A stretch of 64,000 nucleotides of DNA from an uncultured cyanobacterium (GTDB taxonomy: Bacteria > Cyanobacteriota > Cyanobacteriia > Cyanobacteriales > Cyanobacteriaceae): positions 448,001-512,000 of the forward strand of contig CAVVOP010000021.1 of NCBI GenBank assembly GCA_963749915.1. The letters are read 5' to 3'. Within the stretch, counting starts at the first letter, position 1. The number at the start of each line of letters is the position of its first letter. Below are positions 60,776 through 64,000 of this stretch, in pieces. A model generated the notes under the pieces. The model saw only the letters and a program-made list of their open reading frames with translations. It was not told where the DNA came from and did no database searches. A program made the position numbers and the translations under genes.

Positions 60776-61921
60776 TTAGCTAATGTCATCGCCAAACAAG
60801 TCCAATTCTCCTTGGGGAACGGTAACAATAAATTTTGTGCCTTCATTTTCTTTGCTTTTAATTTCTATTTTTCCTCCCTGTAAATCTACTGCTTTTTTTA
60901 CTATTGATAATCCTAAACCATTACCCTTTATTTTACCCACATTATCGGCTCTTTCAAAAAGGGTAAATAGTTTCTCTCGGTAATTTTCTGGGATTCCGAT
61001 ACCTTGGTCTTCTATTTCTAAGATAATTTGTGTTTCTTGACAGTTTATTTTTACAGTAATTTTTCCCCCGTCAGGAGAGTATTTGATGGCATTAGAAATT
61101 AAGTTATTAAGAATATGATTGAGAATTTTTTGGTCTAAATATACTTGATGATTTTCTTTATTTGTATATAATTTTATCTCATGATTTTCTGATAAATTAT
61201 TATATTCATTTACTATTATCTTGAGATATTCTACTATATTAAATTTTTGCGGAGAAAGGGCAATTTTTCCTTCTTCTGCCCTACTTATTAGTAATAAATC
61301 CTCAAGGGAATCTGTCATTTTGAATACGGCAGATTTAATAAAATTAAAGTACCTTTCTTTTTTCTCTGACGGAATGCGATCGCCATAATCCCTAATTAAT
61401 TCAGTATAACCGAGAATATTAGTTAAGGGAGTGCGTAAATCATGAGAAGCGGTAGCTAAAGCCTGAGTTTTGATTTGATTTATTTTTTTCTCCTCCGATA
61501 AATCCACTTCTCTCTTCATATCTTCTTCATACTTTGCTAAGGCGATGGATATAGTAGTACAAACATCAACCATTTTATAAGGTTTCACTAAATAACCATA
61601 AACGGGGGTAGATTTAGTACGCTTAAGAGTATTAGCGTCAGCATAGGCACTAAGATAAATTATGGGAGTTTTATGTTCACGATAAATGGCTTGTGCGGTG
61701 GTGATACCATCCATCTTCCCTTTTAACATAATATCCATTAAAATCAGATCAGGTTGAGATTCTCCCACTTTTTGGATCGCTTTTTCTCCTGAGTTAACGA
61801 TGCCACAAATTTGATAACCTAGTTTTTCTAAATCTAAGGCCAGACTCTCGGCGGCAATTAATTCGTCTTCCACTATCAGAATTTGTGCAAGTTTCATTTT
61901 TGTTTCGTCTATATTTTTCAT
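60776..61921 (-). CDS. Hybrid receiver plus histidine kinase
   Basis: IVEDE/MDI receiver, SHDLRTPL, NAIKYS, DQGIG, GLGL. Confidence 0.92.
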   Translation of the reverse strand: MKNIDETKMKLAQILIVEDELIAAESLALDLEKLGYQICGIVNSGEKAIQKVGESQPDLILMDIMLKGKMDGITTAQAIYREHKTPIIYLSAYADANTLKRTKSTPVYGYLVKPYKMVDVCTTISIALAKYEEDMKREVDLSEEKKINQIKTQALATASHDLRTPLTNILGYTELIRDYGDRIPSEKKERYFNFIKSAVFKMTDSLEDLLLISRAEEGKIALSPQKFNIVEYLKIIVNEYNNLSENHEIKLYTNKENHQVYLDQKILNHILNNLISNAIKYSPDGGKITVKINCQETQIILEIEDQGIGIPENYREKLFTLFERADNVGKIKGNGLGLSIVKKAVDLQGGKIEIKSKENEGTKFIVTVPQGELDLFGDDIS

Positions 61922-61934
61922 GAATCAACAGAGG

Positions 61935-64000
61935 TTAGGGAGTGAATGTGATTAAAAAAACAGTGCCTTGATTATTGGTATCCACTGATATTTCAGCGTC
62001 TAATTGTTGACTTAATAATCTTACTAATCTTAATCCTAAAGAGTTATTTTTTTCCCAGTCTAAATCTGGCGGTAATCCGATACCATTATCTCTTATTTCC
62101 AATTTTACCCTTTCTTTCTCTTCTACTTCTACTGCCAAATTAATGGTAACTTCTCCTTCTCCCGTGGGAAAAGCGTGTTTAAAGGCATTGGTGACTAATT
62201 CATTGATTAATAATCCGGCTGGAATGGCGGTTTCAATACTTAAATGACATTCTTGTAAATGGGTAACGGGTTTGATGCCTGTGTGATAGTGGTTATAGGA
62301 AAGAAACAAATTGGATACCAATTGATTAATGTAGTCGGCAAAATTGATCTCAGAAAGGTCATTGGATCGGTATAATTGTTCATGAATTACTGCCATTGTC
62401 TGAATCCGATTTTGACTGTCTTGAAAGAGGTCTTTTACCGCTTCGTCTTCTACATAACTAGATTGTAAATTCAGCAATCCGGAGATAACATATAAATTAT
62501 TTTTTACCCGATGATGGACTTCTTTAAGTAAAATTTCTTTTTCTTGTAAAGATTTAAACAGCTTTTCTTCCGCTTGATGTCTTTCCGTTACATCCGTAGA
62601 AATACCATCAATGCTTACTGCCCTACCGTAATGATCATACACGATATGGGATCGTTCTCGAATCCAACGAGTATCCCCTGTAGATAACTGAATTTTATAT
62701 TCTAACTCCCAGTTTTTACCATAATCGTTTTGTAAAATGCCTAACTCGTAACTTTCCATAATATCCGCCCAAGTATTTTCTACTAATTGACGGTATTCTG
62801 GTACTACCATCTCTAATAAAATACCTCGATTGGCTAAAATATCCGCTGGAGAATAACCATATAATATTTGGCAAGCAGGGTTGATATAACGTGGCTGTAA
62901 ATCTGGTAATGACATTGACCAAACTACGTCTTGCAAAGAACTTAATACACTATTCAATCTGGCTTCACTCTGCTGTAAAGAGGCTTCTGCTTGTTTGCGA
63001 TCGCTAATATCATTAATTACAGCTATAAAGTAAGAAGGATCAACAGCGACCCATACCACCGACATAGTTAAGTTAACCCACAAAAATTGACCATCGGCAC
63101 AACGAATACGAATTTCCCTTTCAAAAGTGGCATGATAACCAGCTAATAAACCTGATAAATCCGTGAGAGTAGGGGAAACATCGTCGGGGTGAATTAAGGA
63201 ATGAAAATCTACACCCACTAACTGATCACGAGTATAATCCATTAATTGGATAAATTTATCGTTAACTAATACTAGCTTACCAGGTAAACTCACTTGTACA
63301 ATACCTACCGCCGCCTGATTGAAAATGCTACGAAAACGTTGTTCACTTAATTTTAATCGTAATTGTGCCAGTCTAACTTCTTCGATGTCTTGTCCACAGG
63401 CAATAATACCAATTCCCTGACCATGATTGTCCGTGAAACGGTTAACATTCCATAACAATGTCCTCTCATCACCATTGGCTGTTAAGATTTTATTCTCTAA
63501 ATTTCGTTGAACTGTTCCGACCTTTAAAGTTATATTTAATTTATCTCTCAAAATATCTCTTTGATCAGGGGCAATAAAGAGTAGGAAATAGTCCTCCCCT
63601 AATACCGAGTCTCTTTGCCAACCAAAGACTTTTTCCGCTTCCTCGTTCCATTCCAGGATACGATATTCCTGATTAAGTACCACTAAAACAGTCCCCGCCG
63701 TTTGTACAAATGTCCTTAATTGGGTGGTAGTTTGTTCTAATTCTTCCGTGCGATCCTTTACCCTTGTTTCTAACTCCTCATTGAGACTACGCAATTGAGA
63801 TTCTGCCTGTTTTGCAAGAGTTATATCTCTAGCAACGGCGTAAATAATGCCTTCTTCATAGGGGAGACTTTTCCACGCCAACCAACGATATTGTCCATCG
63901 TTTGTTAACCAACGATTCTCGAAATTGACACTAGGGAAACCACTACTCAATTTTTCTAACTCTTGTTTCGTGATTTCTACATCGTCAGGATGCACAAAGG
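61935..64000 (-). CDS. Multi-PAS sensor histidine kinase (HisKA_2 type); 5' end lies outside the window
   Basis: Repeated PAS/PAC motifs (HPDD, WLAW), EVHHRVKNNL, NAFKHAF, DNGIG. Confidence 0.9.
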   Translation of the reverse strand, partial: FVHPDDVEITKQELEKLSSGFPSVNFENRWLTNDGQYRWLAWKSLPYEEGIIYAVARDITLAKQAESQLRSLNEELETRVKDRTEELEQTTTQLRTFVQTAGTVLVVLNQEYRILEWNEEAEKVFGWQRDSVLGEDYFLLFIAPDQRDILRDKLNITLKVGTVQRNLENKILTANGDERTLLWNVNRFTDNHGQGIGIIACGQDIEEVRLAQLRLKLSEQRFRSIFNQAAVGIVQVSLPGKLVLVNDKFIQLMDYTRDQLVGVDFHSLIHPDDVSPTLTDLSGLLAGYHATFEREIRIRCADGQFLWVNLTMSVVWVAVDPSYFIAVINDISDRKQAEASLQQSEARLNSVLSSLQDVVWSMSLPDLQPRYINPACQILYGYSPADILANRGILLEMVVPEYRQLVENTWADIMESYELGILQNDYGKNWELEYKIQLSTGDTRWIRERSHIVYDHYGRAVSIDGISTDVTERHQAEEKLFKSLQEKEILLKEVHHRVKNNLYVISGLLNLQSSYVEDEAVKDLFQDSQNRIQTMAVIHEQLYRSNDLSEINFADYINQLVSNLFLSYNHYHTGIKPVTHLQECHLSIETAIPAGLLINELVTNAFKHAFPTGEGEVTINLAVEVEEKERVKLEIRDNGIGLPPDLDWEKNNSLGLRLVRLLSQQLDAEISVDTNNQGTVFLITFTP

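Overview
AT-rich DNA from a non-heterocystous cyanobacterium (frequent HIP1 GCGATCGC sites, heptamer STRR repeats). Positions ~350-40,400 hold an uninterrupted Mo-nitrogenase supercluster. A leftward arm (nifP, Asr1405-like, dps, nifV, nifT, CBS-CP12, fdxB, flavodoxin, cysK, Trx-like ferredoxin, broken arsC-like gene, cupin, selO) and a rightward arm (nifB-fdxN-nifSU-nifHDK-nifZ-nifEN, an expanded nifX/DUF269 block, nifW-hesAB-fdxH, split feoB-feoA, modA-modBC, adhE) diverge from a 1.3-kb region with CnfR-type boxes and an NtcA site. A small convergent NafY-like operon closes the cluster. Housekeeping-type genes follow (EF-G paralog, K+ channel, TPR protein, SNF2 helicase, tRNA-Pro(CGG)). Next, 49.7-54.7 kb is an accessory region that the ORF track does not explain: IS5 and IS701 debris plus a decayed integron with an intI N-terminal relic, two attI-like platforms, two intact attC sites and one collapsed attC. 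Its GC-richer cassettes encode a CPBP protease, a membrane protein, an SMI1/KNR4 protein, a pYEATS protein and a broken ORF. The window ends with DUF4230, btpA, VKOR-Trx, nagA, DUF151, an aldo-keto reductase and two histidine kinases. All calls come from motif recognition by eye; no searches were run.
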